Origin: an uncultured Bacteroidota bacterium | GTDB taxonomy: Bacteria > Bacteroidota > Bacteroidia > Bacteroidales > WCHB1-69 | Direction: 5' to 3' | Assembly (NCBI GenBank): GCA_902786595.1 | Contig: CADADB010000003.1 | Span: 85,206-149,205, forward strand | Length of the DNA: 64,000 nt | Shown here: in pieces, positions 35,238 through 45,215 of the stretch | Position numbering within the stretch: the first letter of the stretch is position 1 | Layout: every line of letters starts with the position of its first letter | Notes under the pieces: model-generated | Seen by the model: the letters and a program-made list of their open reading frames with translations, nothing else | Databases searched by the model: none | What the model was told of the DNA's origin: nothing | Translations under genes and position numbers: made by a program

Positions 35238-35245
35238 TATTTTTG
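35238..35245 (+). promoter_or_regulatory. -7 box (tatttttg)
   Basis: TAnnTTTG match 22 nt upstream of the ATG at 35267. Confidence 0.5.
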
Positions 35246-35266
35246 CGACATAAAAAATGAGCATCC

Positions 35267-36955
35267 ATGGATGAAAAAAGAGTTATAAACAGAGATTATA
35301 TTGGAGTAGTTGTTGAAGAGTGTGGACTGCTCCAATACAAAGAAATTGACATTAACTACCCTCGGGAACTTGTGGCGGAAATGACAGCTATGGAAAAGGA
35401 CGAACAATCAACTATAATTGATGCACAGAGACTTTTTTGGAAATATTACCCGAAGGATAGCACTGGAGATAAAGGATTAAACTACCTATTCCCTAACAGT
35501 TATGAATCAACTTATAATGTGTGGTCACATGCTCCGAAGTTTTTCAATCAACAAGATTTCCCAATCGATAAAGTTGATGTTGGTGGCCTTATGTCAACAT
35601 GTCACATTGAAGAATATCTACTATACCCCTGTGGTTTTAATACCGAGAAAGAATATGTGCAATTTCTTGAACACAGAGAGCAGTTTTTTTTCTGTGAAAA
35701 TCAGATATTAACCCTTAAAGAGTTCCAAGAGCAATATGATGGAGATCCTGAAAGGTATGCTAAAGAAATAATAGAACTTGAAAAATTGGAGAATAGCGAT
35801 TTCAAGTATACTATTGAAATGGAGGATCTTCGGGAAAAATTCAAGGATGAAGTTCGTAAAAGAACAGAACGAGACCTTAAACAATTGGAAAATGAAATAC
35901 GATCATATTTTATCAAGGGCTGCGTTCGTTATGTCCATGCGATTTGCTATGATAGGTTAAGGGAGAATCTCCCTAAGTCCGCTTTCATGTTTTCTACTGA
36001 CAATTTGGGTTGGACTACATATAAACATCAATTATCCCAAATAGAACGCTTTGAAATCCACACGAACTATGGTTATGGGTCAAGATCGTATGCCTATTGT
36101 AATCTTTTCTACAAAGATATACCGATACTCCCATATACAGATGTGATTAAATACTCTTCTGTCGCATGGTTGCAAATTGTGAACTATACTCGTAGTTTTG
36201 TTCCTCAGAGAGAGGTCTGTTGGGAAAAGACGTTTGATTTTGTGATTGCGGTGTCCAATTTGATAAAAAAGAATCCCCAAAAATTTATTGACGAGTTCAT
36301 TGTGGATGAGATTAGTCAGCTGTTAAAACAACTGAAAGAGATTTTAAGGAACTCCCCTAAAGAGCTAAAAGAACACTTTGAAAGATATAAAATAGAAGAC
36401 AGAAGAACAACATTTGTTTGGAGTACAGGATTGGATCAAGAATCCTACAAAATTTTCCCGGAAGAACTTGCCGATGCTGAAAAAGTCGAAAAAATTACCG
36501 GTTGTTTGTTCTTTCTTGATAATATGCGTAAATTGAATGAGTTCATTCCTGTGATACGTGTATTCATAAACGATTTGATCGCATTGAACAATCAAATAAC
36601 CCCGATGATTGACTCCTATCTGTCTAAATTGTCGGAGGAAATACAACAGAATATGGCAGAAATAGAAGATCTGGCAGAAGCTATAAAGGAGGTTAAATCG
36701 CGTATGAAAAAATGCAAAGAGGAGAATGCTCCAGATTTGATCAAGGCACTCAATCTCAAAGAGGATCTCCTAAATGATTACTTGGAAAATCATCCTCTTA
36801 TAACAGATGCTTATCAGGAATATACCATTATGAGAGAAAAGTTAAGGGAACTTGATTGCCAAAAAGAAGAGAAATCCACGCATTTGCGGTTGCGAAAGAA
36901 CTTTTCAAAGAGATTTGAGGAATGTAAAGAGAGGATTAATAGACTTATGAAATAG
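35267..36955 (+). CDS. large hypothetical protein, paralog A (562 aa) with coiled-coil-like C-terminus
   Basis: Shares MD.KR.INRD(Y/F)IGV...YPRELVA..., ...ILPY.D.(I/V).Y.S..W....N.TRSF..., and the C-terminal K.F.K(R/K)F.EC..RI with 37010..38506. Confidence 0.6.
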   Translation: MDEKRVINRDYIGVVVEECGLLQYKEIDINYPRELVAEMTAMEKDEQSTIIDAQRLFWKYYPKDSTGDKGLNYLFPNSYESTYNVWSHAPKFFNQQDFPIDKVDVGGLMSTCHIEEYLLYPCGFNTEKEYVQFLEHREQFFFCENQILTLKEFQEQYDGDPERYAKEIIELEKLENSDFKYTIEMEDLREKFKDEVRKRTERDLKQLENEIRSYFIKGCVRYVHAICYDRLRENLPKSAFMFSTDNLGWTTYKHQLSQIERFEIHTNYGYGSRSYAYCNLFYKDIPILPYTDVIKYSSVAWLQIVNYTRSFVPQREVCWEKTFDFVIAVSNLIKKNPQKFIDEFIVDEISQLLKQLKEILRNSPKELKEHFERYKIEDRRTTFVWSTGLDQESYKIFPEELADAEKVEKITGCLFFLDNMRKLNEFIPVIRVFINDLIALNNQITPMIDSYLSKLSEEIQQNMAEIEDLAEAIKEVKSRMKKCKEENAPDLIKALNLKEDLLNDYLENHPLITDAYQEYTIMREKLRELDCQKEEKSTHLRLRKNFSKRFEECKERINRLMK

Positions 36956-37009
36956 TGGGATTGTAAAATAGAGTGCTGGAAATATAGTAACAGATTGAAA
37001 CAAATAAAC

Positions 37010-38506
37010 ATGGACAATAAGCGAATAATTAACAGAGATTTTATCGGGGTGATAAAGGATGAGGGAGGTCGGTTTAAATATGACGAGGTTGAAATCCATT
37101 ATCCACGAGAACTTGTGGCAGCGATTGAGGCGATGAGTAAGGATGATGATTGTACGATAATGGATGTCCAGGGCATTTTTTTAAAGTATTACCCCAAGCA
37201 GACAATCAACGAACGTTTTTATCATTACATTTACCCATATTCGTATAGATGTTATTGTAAAAGTGTTGCTGATGCCCCCGAATTCTGTTCTTTTGATAGT
37301 TATAAACGAAGCCTCGTCAATCAGGGAGGATATTTGCTGAGAAACAATGAAACGCCTCTGGGATTTGAATCCCAAGAAGCATATCAAAAGACTACTGCAT
37401 GGCTTTGCGATGAGATGAATATTGAACCGGCGGAATGTTCTAATCTATTACGAAGAAATTTTTCCCGTAATATTATTAGGTATATATATGCGCGTAATTA
37501 TCATGAAACCTTGGAATCCATCAAATCTTCGGTATTGATTTACTCCGATGAGAAGTCAGGGTGGAGGACGGTCTCTGTTGATTTCGGTGGCGGACTTTCG
37601 GTGACTATTTCAACTAATTTTTCTTTTCCGTGTAACTGGTATATTGATGTCAGAGTCTATCTAAATAATATTGTGATATTACCTTATTTGGATTCAGTCA
37701 TATACCCGAGCACTCAATGGCAGATTTTTCATAACGCAACACGCTCTTTTGAAAAAGAAGATCGAGACACATGCTGGCAAAGTATGTTTTTATTTCTGGT
37801 GGATGTCGCAAATATGTGGATAGAAAGTCCGCAACGTTTTGTTTCTAAGTATATTGTGGAAGAAATTAAAGGAGCTGTTTCTGGTCTAGATTATATATTA
37901 CAATCTTCCGATGAACAGTTGCTGGAACAATTCAAGAATTTCCCAGAAGGGGAAAAGCGGACTTCGTATGTTGGAGAAATGCTTGATTCCACTTTAATTG
38001 AGACAGAACCAGAACTGACTGTGATGTTTGAAAAATCGGATAAAATTACAGGACTACTATGCTTTTTGCACTTATTTCGCCAGTTGAGTGAGTTTGACTC
38101 ATCTGTCTGCCAATTCATTGACAAATTGACGGCTCTGAATGAACAGATGTCCCCTTTGATAGAGTCAAAACTTTTAGAATTGCATAAACAGATTCAATTA
38201 AACAAAATAGAAATTGATGAACTAAATAAGGCTATACGAGACGGAAAATCCAGGATAAAAGTATATAAGGAAGAGCATTTTCGAGAATTCGAAGAATTCT
38301 TGAATCTAACAGGCGTTGATCGAAAAAATTATCTAAATGATAAACCACAATTTGCCGAAGTGTATCAGAAATATAAGTCTCAAAAAGAACAAATAAAAGA
38401 ACTTAAGCAAGATTTTGATAATAAATCGGCTCATTTGTGCACGCAAAAAAACTTCATGAAGAAATTTAAAGAATGTCAGAAAAGAATAGAGACGTACTTG
38501 ACATAA
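37010..38506 (+). CDS. large hypothetical protein, paralog B (~498 aa)
   Basis: Start set at MDNKRIINRDFIGV by alignment to paralog A. The ORF track begins at TTG 36995. Confidence 0.6.
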   Translation: MDNKRIINRDFIGVIKDEGGRFKYDEVEIHYPRELVAAIEAMSKDDDCTIMDVQGIFLKYYPKQTINERFYHYIYPYSYRCYCKSVADAPEFCSFDSYKRSLVNQGGYLLRNNETPLGFESQEAYQKTTAWLCDEMNIEPAECSNLLRRNFSRNIIRYIYARNYHETLESIKSSVLIYSDEKSGWRTVSVDFGGGLSVTISTNFSFPCNWYIDVRVYLNNIVILPYLDSVIYPSTQWQIFHNATRSFEKEDRDTCWQSMFLFLVDVANMWIESPQRFVSKYIVEEIKGAVSGLDYILQSSDEQLLEQFKNFPEGEKRTSYVGEMLDSTLIETEPELTVMFEKSDKITGLLCFLHLFRQLSEFDSSVCQFIDKLTALNEQMSPLIESKLLELHKQIQLNKIEIDELNKAIRDGKSRIKVYKEEHFREFEEFLNLTGVDRKNYLNDKPQFAEVYQKYKSQKEQIKELKQDFDNKSAHLCTQKNFMKKFKECQKRIETYLT

Positions 38507-38653
38507 ATGGAATAATAATAGTATGTTGAAATGATTAACAATCCCAAACTATCTCCTTTTCCTCTCTAATATAAAGACAGCAAAAACAAAGCACTTCGAA
38601 TGATTGAAACCTGCAGTAAGAATCATATTGTTTTGCTGGTCGGGTAATTCTCT

Positions 38654-38930
38654 GTGAATTTGTGGCAACGTTTTGGGAACAAATCAGAGCACCGTCATCT
38701 TGTGAAAAAGTATAGAAAAAACGATCAAAATGATAACATCCGTGTCGCGAACAGCGGGAAAGGTATGTGGGCCGTCCTGGATGATGCAGGAAACGAAATA
38801 GTGCCTTTCGGCAAATACAGTTGGATTGATTGGTTTCGATCACGGATTGGCTCGAATTGTTGGACGATTTGTCAGACTGGTGACCTTAAGGTTTTAGAAA
38901 CATCATATATGTTTAGATTATAACTGGTTG
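38654..38930 (+). pseudogene. fragment of a WG-repeat (KWG-like) protein, frameshifted
   Basis: GMWAVLDDAGNEIVPFGKYSWIDWF, then FDHGLARIV in the adjacent frame. Confidence 0.3.
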
Positions 38931-38956
38931 TTATTGTAACTGTTTTTGTAATTGTT

Positions 38957-39496
38957 ATGGAAGGACTTGCAAAATTATTTGAAAAAGAAAGAAAACAATA
39001 TTATGCTATTTTTGACGCTCTACAAAAACACGGTTGTTTTGTTGAGAAGTTCAGAGGGTATGTTTTGGAACATAAACAATCTAAAAGGGTCACAGGAGGT
39101 GCTGGAGGTGTTCAATGTGTATTTTCTGGTTTGGTTATAGATATTTATTGCCGAGGGAATTGGGGGCAGGATTCGATAGAATGTGACATCATTGTCGGAC
39201 GAAACCTTTCGAAAGAACAAGATGAATATCTTAAAGGTGTTGTTAACATGCTAAACTATAAGTTCACGCAAGTTGCATTTTACTATAGGATATGCAACGA
39301 TCCTAACGACGAGTGGGAGAGGATTGACATGGATGCATTCGAGGATGGCACCCGGTACATGCACTTGATTATTAATTATGATTCTGGTTATATTACAGAG
39401 CATAATGTGATGGAAGAATTGCGTCGCGCCAGTAAGATTTTTATGGACATCACAGCCGATTTCTTCAAGTTGCTTTACGCTTCGATTCAGAAATGA
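38957..39496 (+). CDS. hypothetical protein
   Basis: 179-aa ORF. No motif recognised. Confidence 0.45.
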   Translation: MEGLAKLFEKERKQYYAIFDALQKHGCFVEKFRGYVLEHKQSKRVTGGAGGVQCVFSGLVIDIYCRGNWGQDSIECDIIVGRNLSKEQDEYLKGVVNMLNYKFTQVAFYYRICNDPNDEWERIDMDAFEDGTRYMHLIINYDSGYITEHNVMEELRRASKIFMDITADFFKLLYASIQK

Positions 39497-39544
39497 AGAC
39501 TTTCCCATTTACACAAATTCGATTTAAGAAATTCCCATACCCCT

Positions 39545-40174
39545 ATGAAAAAAGAAAACCTCTACAAGGTCGCCGGCATCATCTATATCGCCCTGATGGC
39601 CGCCATTACAGAAACGATGGGTGACTTCTCCTTCGGATTTATGATTGCACTGTTAGTACTGTGTTTTGGAATTGCTTACCTTTTCGACCTGTTTGTGCTC
39701 AGCATCCCCACCGTCGCCGACCTTGAGAAACGGGTGATAATCAAGATGAACGACGAAGGCTTCCTGTGCAAGAAGAACGAGGGCGTTTTGGAATACACCA
39801 TGAATGGCAGAGTATATGAGTCATACTTTTGGCGTGTCGATAAGAATTTTTTTAGGACCTTGATTGTTGATCGCGCCAAGATTGATGAGCATTGGGACAA
39901 AATCAGTGAGGAGGGGAAGTCTGTGCTGGCCAACTATGTCAATAATGAATGTTACCACACCACATTTATTGCGAAGGAAAACGGATGCATTTGCACGCAT
40001 ATCACATACGTTCGGACCTCTTCCGATTTTCTGGGCGAGGCGCAAAACGCTTACGAGGTGATAGGAAGAACTTTTAATACAGCTCTTGAGATCCTGCCGC
40101 AGGTTAAGGGCCGGTATCCTGTTGATGAGACAGAGGGTGGCATTGGATTTGTGAACAGAGAGAAGAAAATGTAG
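39545..40174 (+). CDS. hypothetical membrane-anchored protein
   Basis: Two N-terminal hydrophobic segments (VAGIIYIALMAAI; FMIALLVLCFGIAYLFDLFVL). Confidence 0.5.
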   Translation: MKKENLYKVAGIIYIALMAAITETMGDFSFGFMIALLVLCFGIAYLFDLFVLSIPTVADLEKRVIIKMNDEGFLCKKNEGVLEYTMNGRVYESYFWRVDKNFFRTLIVDRAKIDEHWDKISEEGKSVLANYVNNECYHTTFIAKENGCICTHITYVRTSSDFLGEAQNAYEVIGRTFNTALEILPQVKGRYPVDETEGGIGFVNREKKM

Positions 40175-40281
40175 TCTGGGCAAAATCAAAATTATAGTAA
40201 CAAATCAATTCTATTAACCAAAATTTTACGCTAATGCTCTCCAGATGTCCGACTACTAATATTTCCCCAAAAAACAAGATC

Positions 40282-41094
40282 ATGAGAAATATTCCAATTC
40301 TTTTATTCGCATTTCTGATGCTCATCCAATCAGGTTGCACTCGGAAACATAAAATAAACACGTCAAGCGACGATTTCACACGACAGGAATGCTGCTATGT
40401 GTTTGATGAAAACAGGATTTCGTCAATCGAAGCGTTGTGCGATGTGACGGAGATGGCGCTCTATGACACCACAATGTCGTCACGAGAGCTGAACTTGAGG
40501 ATGTCCCTTTTGGCAGACACATTGCAGTTTGCCATCCGCCATTGTCAGGACTTTGAATTCAACCTGTGGATGCGAGGATTTGTGCGCCGCATCACGCCGA
40601 CCATCCTGTTTGACCGAAGAGTGGAAGAGGACCTGGTTGACAAATATCTCTTTCTTCCATACTTGTGGAATATAAATCGCTCAGATTCTGCGACAATTGT
40701 TTATACGAGTATATTCAGAGCTTCCAACGAAATGTACGATCGATTCACAAATGTTTTGCTGTTCTCCAAAGGAGATGAACAAAGATGCTTGTTCACGATC
40801 ACTAATTTTTCGGACACTGTGATAAAGGATGTCTGCATTGCTTTCGTAGATACGGCTGGAAATCATAAGACATTAGACCAACATGATGCTTTATTTACGG
40901 ATTATCAAGATGCTGAACCCAGTGTCTTAAGAATGTTATTCCCCTTAGACACTTTTTTGTTGTTGCTCAACAATGCAACTTCCATAGATGTCCAGTATCA
41001 AGCCAAAAAGTCAGAAATCGTGATGCGGCATTACCTGCCGGAATCGGAAAAGTTGTTTGTGGAGAATGTTTTTGCGAAAAAGAACATGCCATAA
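40282..41094 (+). CDS. hypothetical lipoprotein
   Basis: MRNIPILLFAFLMLIQSGC lipobox. Start chosen at the internal ATG of ORF 40234..41094. Confidence 0.5.
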   Translation: MRNIPILLFAFLMLIQSGCTRKHKINTSSDDFTRQECCYVFDENRISSIEALCDVTEMALYDTTMSSRELNLRMSLLADTLQFAIRHCQDFEFNLWMRGFVRRITPTILFDRRVEEDLVDKYLFLPYLWNINRSDSATIVYTSIFRASNEMYDRFTNVLLFSKGDEQRCLFTITNFSDTVIKDVCIAFVDTAGNHKTLDQHDALFTDYQDAEPSVLRMLFPLDTFLLLLNNATSIDVQYQAKKSEIVMRHYLPESEKLFVENVFAKKNMP

Positions 41095-41125
41095 AAAAAC
41101 GGCGCTTTATCGAAGCGCCGTTTTT
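41093..41125. terminator. bidirectional intrinsic terminator
   Basis: Stem cggcgctt / aagcgccg, flanked by A- and T-runs. Lies between convergent genes. Confidence 0.75.
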
Positions 41126-41157
41126 CTTACGTCTTACGTCTCAAGTCTAACGTCTTA
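41126..41157. repeat. heptamer tandem repeat (cgtctta/cgtctca/agtctaa)
   Basis: Read directly. First tract at the island 2/core border. Confidence 0.75.
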
Positions 41158-43314
41158 TTTCTGATAGAATCTCACGCGGTTGTCCAGCACTTTGGATTGG
41201 CTGATCAGGTAGCTGAGGAGCGTGTTTTCGTTGCGCTCACGGCCGATCAACTCGTTTTGGAGGTAGTTCTTCTCCATCATGAGGTTTTGAGAAGCTTGTC
41301 CGTCGCGCAGCTCTTTCACGTTCACCACATACACCATGTTGTTGCCGCAGACTGCTGCCGATTTGTTGACGGGCAGGTTGAAGATTTGGCCGATGGCCTT
41401 GCTATCGACGCCACGGTTCATGTAGTAATCGCCGGCGAAGCTCAACATCACGCTGTCGTTGGCGGCAATGGAGTATTTCTGAGCCACGGCGTTGAAACCG
41501 GAAGCAAGATCTTTGTTCAGCTGGTCAGCAACCATGTTCAGCTTGTTCTTGCGCTCCAGAATCGTTTTGATGTCGTCTTTTGCGTCTTTGTATTTCTGCA
41601 CGCCTTTTTCACGGGCCTGAGCCACACATGCCACGGCGAAATACATTCTGTCGATGTTGAACACGTCTGAAATATTGTCTTTCTTCACGTCATCGCTGAA
41701 TGCCCAGCTCACGATGTCGCGGCAGTTGGGCAGTTGACCGACATTCGCCATCATGGAGGTCACTTTTTCGCCGTTGACCACTTGGATACCTTTCTTGGCG
41801 GCGTTGGCGATGAATTCCTCGTTGTTGCTCACGCCAGCGGCGAATTCGTTGGCCTGGGAACGCAAAGCGTTGAAGGTGGCCTCGGAAGCGTTCACATCAT
41901 AGTCGTAAAGCACAAACTGACGTTTTTCGATGAGTTGGGTGCGGTCAAGGACTTGGAAGACGATATAGCCGTTGGGAGCTTTGTAAAGGTAGATACCGCC
42001 GTTGGGAGTTTCCAGCAAGTTGTTGTAAAGAGTGGGCATCGTGCCTCTTTCAGCGAGCCAGAAGGTGGTGTCGCCTTGTTCGCGGCCATAGAGATAGTTG
42101 GGCTGAAGGGCGAAGATGGAAGCTTGGTTGGATTTGATCACATCAACAAGACTGTCGGCGATTCTGTGTGCTTCCTTCTTGGAATAGGGAGCTTCTTTGT
42201 ATTGAGCGGTCTTGAACGGCAGCTCGATGGTGGCAACGAGCACTGAGTCAGGACGGTTTGCAGCACCGAACACCTTGCCGAAGTACCACTTCACGTTCTC
42301 ATAAAGGAAGGGCTCGATGAAGCTGCCCACAGAGGATTTGAAGATGAGACTGTCCAGCTCGGGAAGATTGATGTCTGATTCCTTAAAATAAGTGCTATCG
42401 ACCACGCCGTTGCCTTTGGAGAGGTTGAATTCGGCGATGGACTGTTGCGTGAAGTTGGTGAAATCCTTGCGCACGCTGTCTTCAATAGCTTTCAAGTCAG
42501 CAGGGGTGGGGTTGATGGGGAACACGGCCACGTTGATGTCGCGGTTGTCGGCCTGAAGGTCGAACATGTCGCTCTTGTGGATGTTGTAGAAGTCCTTCAT
42601 CTCTTTTTCGGAAACTTCCGGCTTCATGTTCTGGAAGGCGGTGAGTTCCGGGTTGACGGTCATCAGGGAAACCATAGCCATGTTGTTGTCCTTGGCCAGC
42701 TGTTTTGCCAACGGGTCGGAGAAGTAAATGGAATTCTGAGCCAAAGCGAAGTAGTTCTGCTGTTTTTCAGCGCTCACAGCGAAACGGACCAGTGCCTGGT
42801 AGGCGTTGTAGATGTCCTTGCCTTGGTCTTGGTTGGCCAGGGTCTCGATGTTGGAGATGATGCCCATGGCGTTCTCGGGACCGTAGATTTGAGCCAATGC
42901 ATTGGCAAATTGGGCGATGAACTGGTTGGGTTGCTGGGTGCTGAGAGAAGCCACCATGTTTTCCTTGAAATCCTCAATCATTTGCGGTGTGAAGGTCAAG
43001 CCCAACTTCGCTAACTGTTTGTCCAGAACTGCATCCTGAAGCATCTGCTGCCAGGTCATCTCGTGGATTTGGTAGGTCTCGTTGTCTTCAAAGGAAGTCT
43101 TGTTCTGCAGCAGTTTCATGAGGGCAGTGTTCTCCTCATATTGCTTGCTGTACTGCTGATCCATCTTCTTACCATCGATCTTGGCCATCACATACTTGTT
43201 CGAGAATGTGCGGTGAACATTAGAAAGGTCGCCTAAGATGAACGCTAATAAGGCCAAACCGATGATTACCAATAAAAGCACGCCGTGCTTACGAATTGCG
43301 CCAATTGCTGCCAT
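41155..43314 (-). CDS. ppiD: PpiD-like periplasmic chaperone / peptidyl-prolyl isomerase
   Basis: 719 aa. N-terminal MAAIGAIRKHGVLLLVIIGLALLAFILGD anchor, typical of PpiD/SurA-N proteins. Confidence 0.7.
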   Translation of the reverse strand: MAAIGAIRKHGVLLLVIIGLALLAFILGDLSNVHRTFSNKYVMAKIDGKKMDQQYSKQYEENTALMKLLQNKTSFEDNETYQIHEMTWQQMLQDAVLDKQLAKLGLTFTPQMIEDFKENMVASLSTQQPNQFIAQFANALAQIYGPENAMGIISNIETLANQDQGKDIYNAYQALVRFAVSAEKQQNYFALAQNSIYFSDPLAKQLAKDNNMAMVSLMTVNPELTAFQNMKPEVSEKEMKDFYNIHKSDMFDLQADNRDINVAVFPINPTPADLKAIEDSVRKDFTNFTQQSIAEFNLSKGNGVVDSTYFKESDINLPELDSLIFKSSVGSFIEPFLYENVKWYFGKVFGAANRPDSVLVATIELPFKTAQYKEAPYSKKEAHRIADSLVDVIKSNQASIFALQPNYLYGREQGDTTFWLAERGTMPTLYNNLLETPNGGIYLYKAPNGYIVFQVLDRTQLIEKRQFVLYDYDVNASEATFNALRSQANEFAAGVSNNEEFIANAAKKGIQVVNGEKVTSMMANVGQLPNCRDIVSWAFSDDVKKDNISDVFNIDRMYFAVACVAQAREKGVQKYKDAKDDIKTILERKNKLNMVADQLNKDLASGFNAVAQKYSIAANDSVMLSFAGDYYMNRGVDSKAIGQIFNLPVNKSAAVCGNNMVYVVNVKELRDGQASQNLMMEKNYLQNELIGRERNENTLLSYLISQSKVLDNRVRFYQK

Positions 43315-43530
43315 AGATTATTATTTTTAGTTATACATTATATTTCAAAAAATTAGCCCGCAAAGGTAGCATTTTTTTGTATTGCTTCGTCTCTGTCGCT
43401 GTTTTTTATTATTAGATTGTAAAATTTTGATATATAGCAATTTGAAAAACAAACACCCACTTTTTGAAGTTTTATCCAAAGTGGGCGCTGTAGAAAAATG
43501 GTCGATTTTGAGGTGCTGTTTCCGCAAAAT

Positions 43531-43593
43531 CGGTTTGCGGTTTACGATTTGCGGTTTACGATTTGCGGTTTACGATTTACGGTTTACGGTTTT
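43531..43593. repeat. 9 tandem heptamers (CGGTTTG/CGGTTTA/CGATTTG)
   Basis: Read directly. Confidence 0.85.
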
Positions 43594-43610
43594 GGAGATA
43601 GTCGTCACTA

Positions 43611-43636
43611 ATAGCCAACAGCCAATAGCCAACAGC
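43611..43636. repeat. heptamer repeat (agccaac/agccaat)
   Basis: Read directly. Confidence 0.7.
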
Positions 43637-45057
43637 TACCCCCGGTACACCTGCGCGAAGAACGGGTTGTGCTTCGCCTGTTCCGCATAGTTCCATTCCG
43701 GCGGGAGGCATTCGGGACACCAATGGCCGCCTTCGAGGATGAGCTTCGGGGAGGCCTCGAAGGTGTGTCCGTCATGACATTGCCAGGTCAGCTTTTTGGC
43801 AGGGTCGCCGTCGTATTCCGTGGAAACCAACTTGCCGCCACGGAATTCCGCCGCCTTTTGCAAATCGCTGACAGTCAGTTCTGAAAGCGGCTTGCTTTCG
43901 TCATAGCCGTGGTCGATGTGCACCGCGTGCTCGCGTCCGGGAAGATCCGACAAGTCCCAATCTTTCCAATCGGGGATGGCGCGGTATTTCTCCATGCTGC
44001 CGTAGTAGGCGCGGATACGTTTTTCGTCGTTATGCTTGATCCAGTACTGCGTGCCGTAAGTTTTCTTGTTGGCCAGCGTGCGCAATGCCATCTTGATGAC
44101 GAACGGCGGCGCGATTTTGGCGAGTTTGAAGAACCCGGGAAGCCCGTCGCTCAGCTGACGGAAATAGTCGTCCACGGGCATGTTGGCGCGGAAGTGGAGG
44201 TAGTTCTCCAGCACGTCGGCGTCTAAATAATATTGACCGTGGAAATTCTTGAGTACGAACCAGTTGGAGTTGAAAATCTTTTCGGGTTTCGGGCAGTAGG
44301 TGGCCTTGAGAATGCGGCATTCGAAGTCGTAGTTGGTCATGCGGTATTCGGGGCCGCTGCTGATGTTGTAGAAGCGGTTCCAGAACTCCGCCGGCACCTC
44401 GTCGCGGCAGACGCGTTCGAGTAGGCGTCCAGAGTCCTCCACGGTGGCCCATTCCAGCACGCCCTTGATGGGCACGTGGAACATGATGGGGTCGAAGTTC
44501 TTGAGGATGCCGGGGTAGAGGATGCCCGATTGGCGAAGACTCACCCAGTGCTTGAGCCCCGAGTCGGCGAAGACGCGCTCGGCGATGATCTTGCTGATAC
44601 CGTAGCAGTCGAACTCGCTGGAGCAGACAGGGTCGCCGGTGCGGCCCCAGTGCAGCGGGGCGTTGCGGTCGGAGGTCTGTGCCACCGAGCCGATATAGAC
44701 GGCCTTGATGTCATCAGCGTTGGGTTGTGCAAGGATGGCCTTGACCACGTTCTGTGCCGCGGTCACGTTGACTTTCAGGGTCTTTTCGGGGAAGTAGTCC
44801 GCCGACGGGGAGACCATGCCGCCCACGTGCAGCACGATGTCCGCGCCGGTGACGCCGCGCAGCACGTCGTCGTAGTTCATAAGGTCGCCCCACACGATGC
44901 GGATTTTGTCCGCAATGGGGGCCAGTTTCTTCTCGTTTTTGGGACTTTTGCGCGCCAGGATGGTCACGTCATATTGTTCGGGATAGCGGAGCAGCTCTTT
45001 GAGCCCTTCCCATCCCATGGTGCCGGTCGCGCCGGTCAAGAACACGTTTTTCTTCAT
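43636..45057 (-). CDS. NAD(P)-binding epimerase/dehydratase-family protein with Cys/His-rich C-terminal tail
   Basis: VFLTGATGTMGWEG Rossmann motif. 473 aa. Confidence 0.7.
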   Translation of the reverse strand: MKKNVFLTGATGTMGWEGLKELLRYPEQYDVTILARKSPKNEKKLAPIADKIRIVWGDLMNYDDVLRGVTGADIVLHVGGMVSPSADYFPEKTLKVNVTAAQNVVKAILAQPNADDIKAVYIGSVAQTSDRNAPLHWGRTGDPVCSSEFDCYGISKIIAERVFADSGLKHWVSLRQSGILYPGILKNFDPIMFHVPIKGVLEWATVEDSGRLLERVCRDEVPAEFWNRFYNISSGPEYRMTNYDFECRILKATYCPKPEKIFNSNWFVLKNFHGQYYLDADVLENYLHFRANMPVDDYFRQLSDGLPGFFKLAKIAPPFVIKMALRTLANKKTYGTQYWIKHNDEKRIRAYYGSMEKYRAIPDWKDWDLSDLPGREHAVHIDHGYDESKPLSELTVSDLQKAAEFRGGKLVSTEYDGDPAKKLTWQCHDGHTFEASPKLILEGGHWCPECLPPEWNYAEQAKHNPFFAQVYRG

Positions 45058-45174
45058 CTTTCGGTTGGAATTTTGAGGCCGCGAAGATACGATTTTTTAG
45101 GGAATAGGCAATAGGCAATAGATTGGCATCGGCCAGCCATTGCGTCCGATATGCGAGAACAATAGCGGTCGCCT

Positions 45175-45215
45175 CCAATTCCCCTTCCAAAGGAAGGGGT
45201 GCCCGAAGGGCGGGG
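45175..45215 (+). repeat. REP-like double-hairpin element (variant)
   Basis: ccaattccccttccaaaggaaggggtgcccgaagggcgggg. Confidence 0.65.

Noticed and set aside
28747-41125. Integrase, transposase or att repeats for island 2
   Set aside because: No recombinase-like ORF was found, and I could find no convincing long direct repeats at the borders. Only the two similar terminator hairpins are reported.
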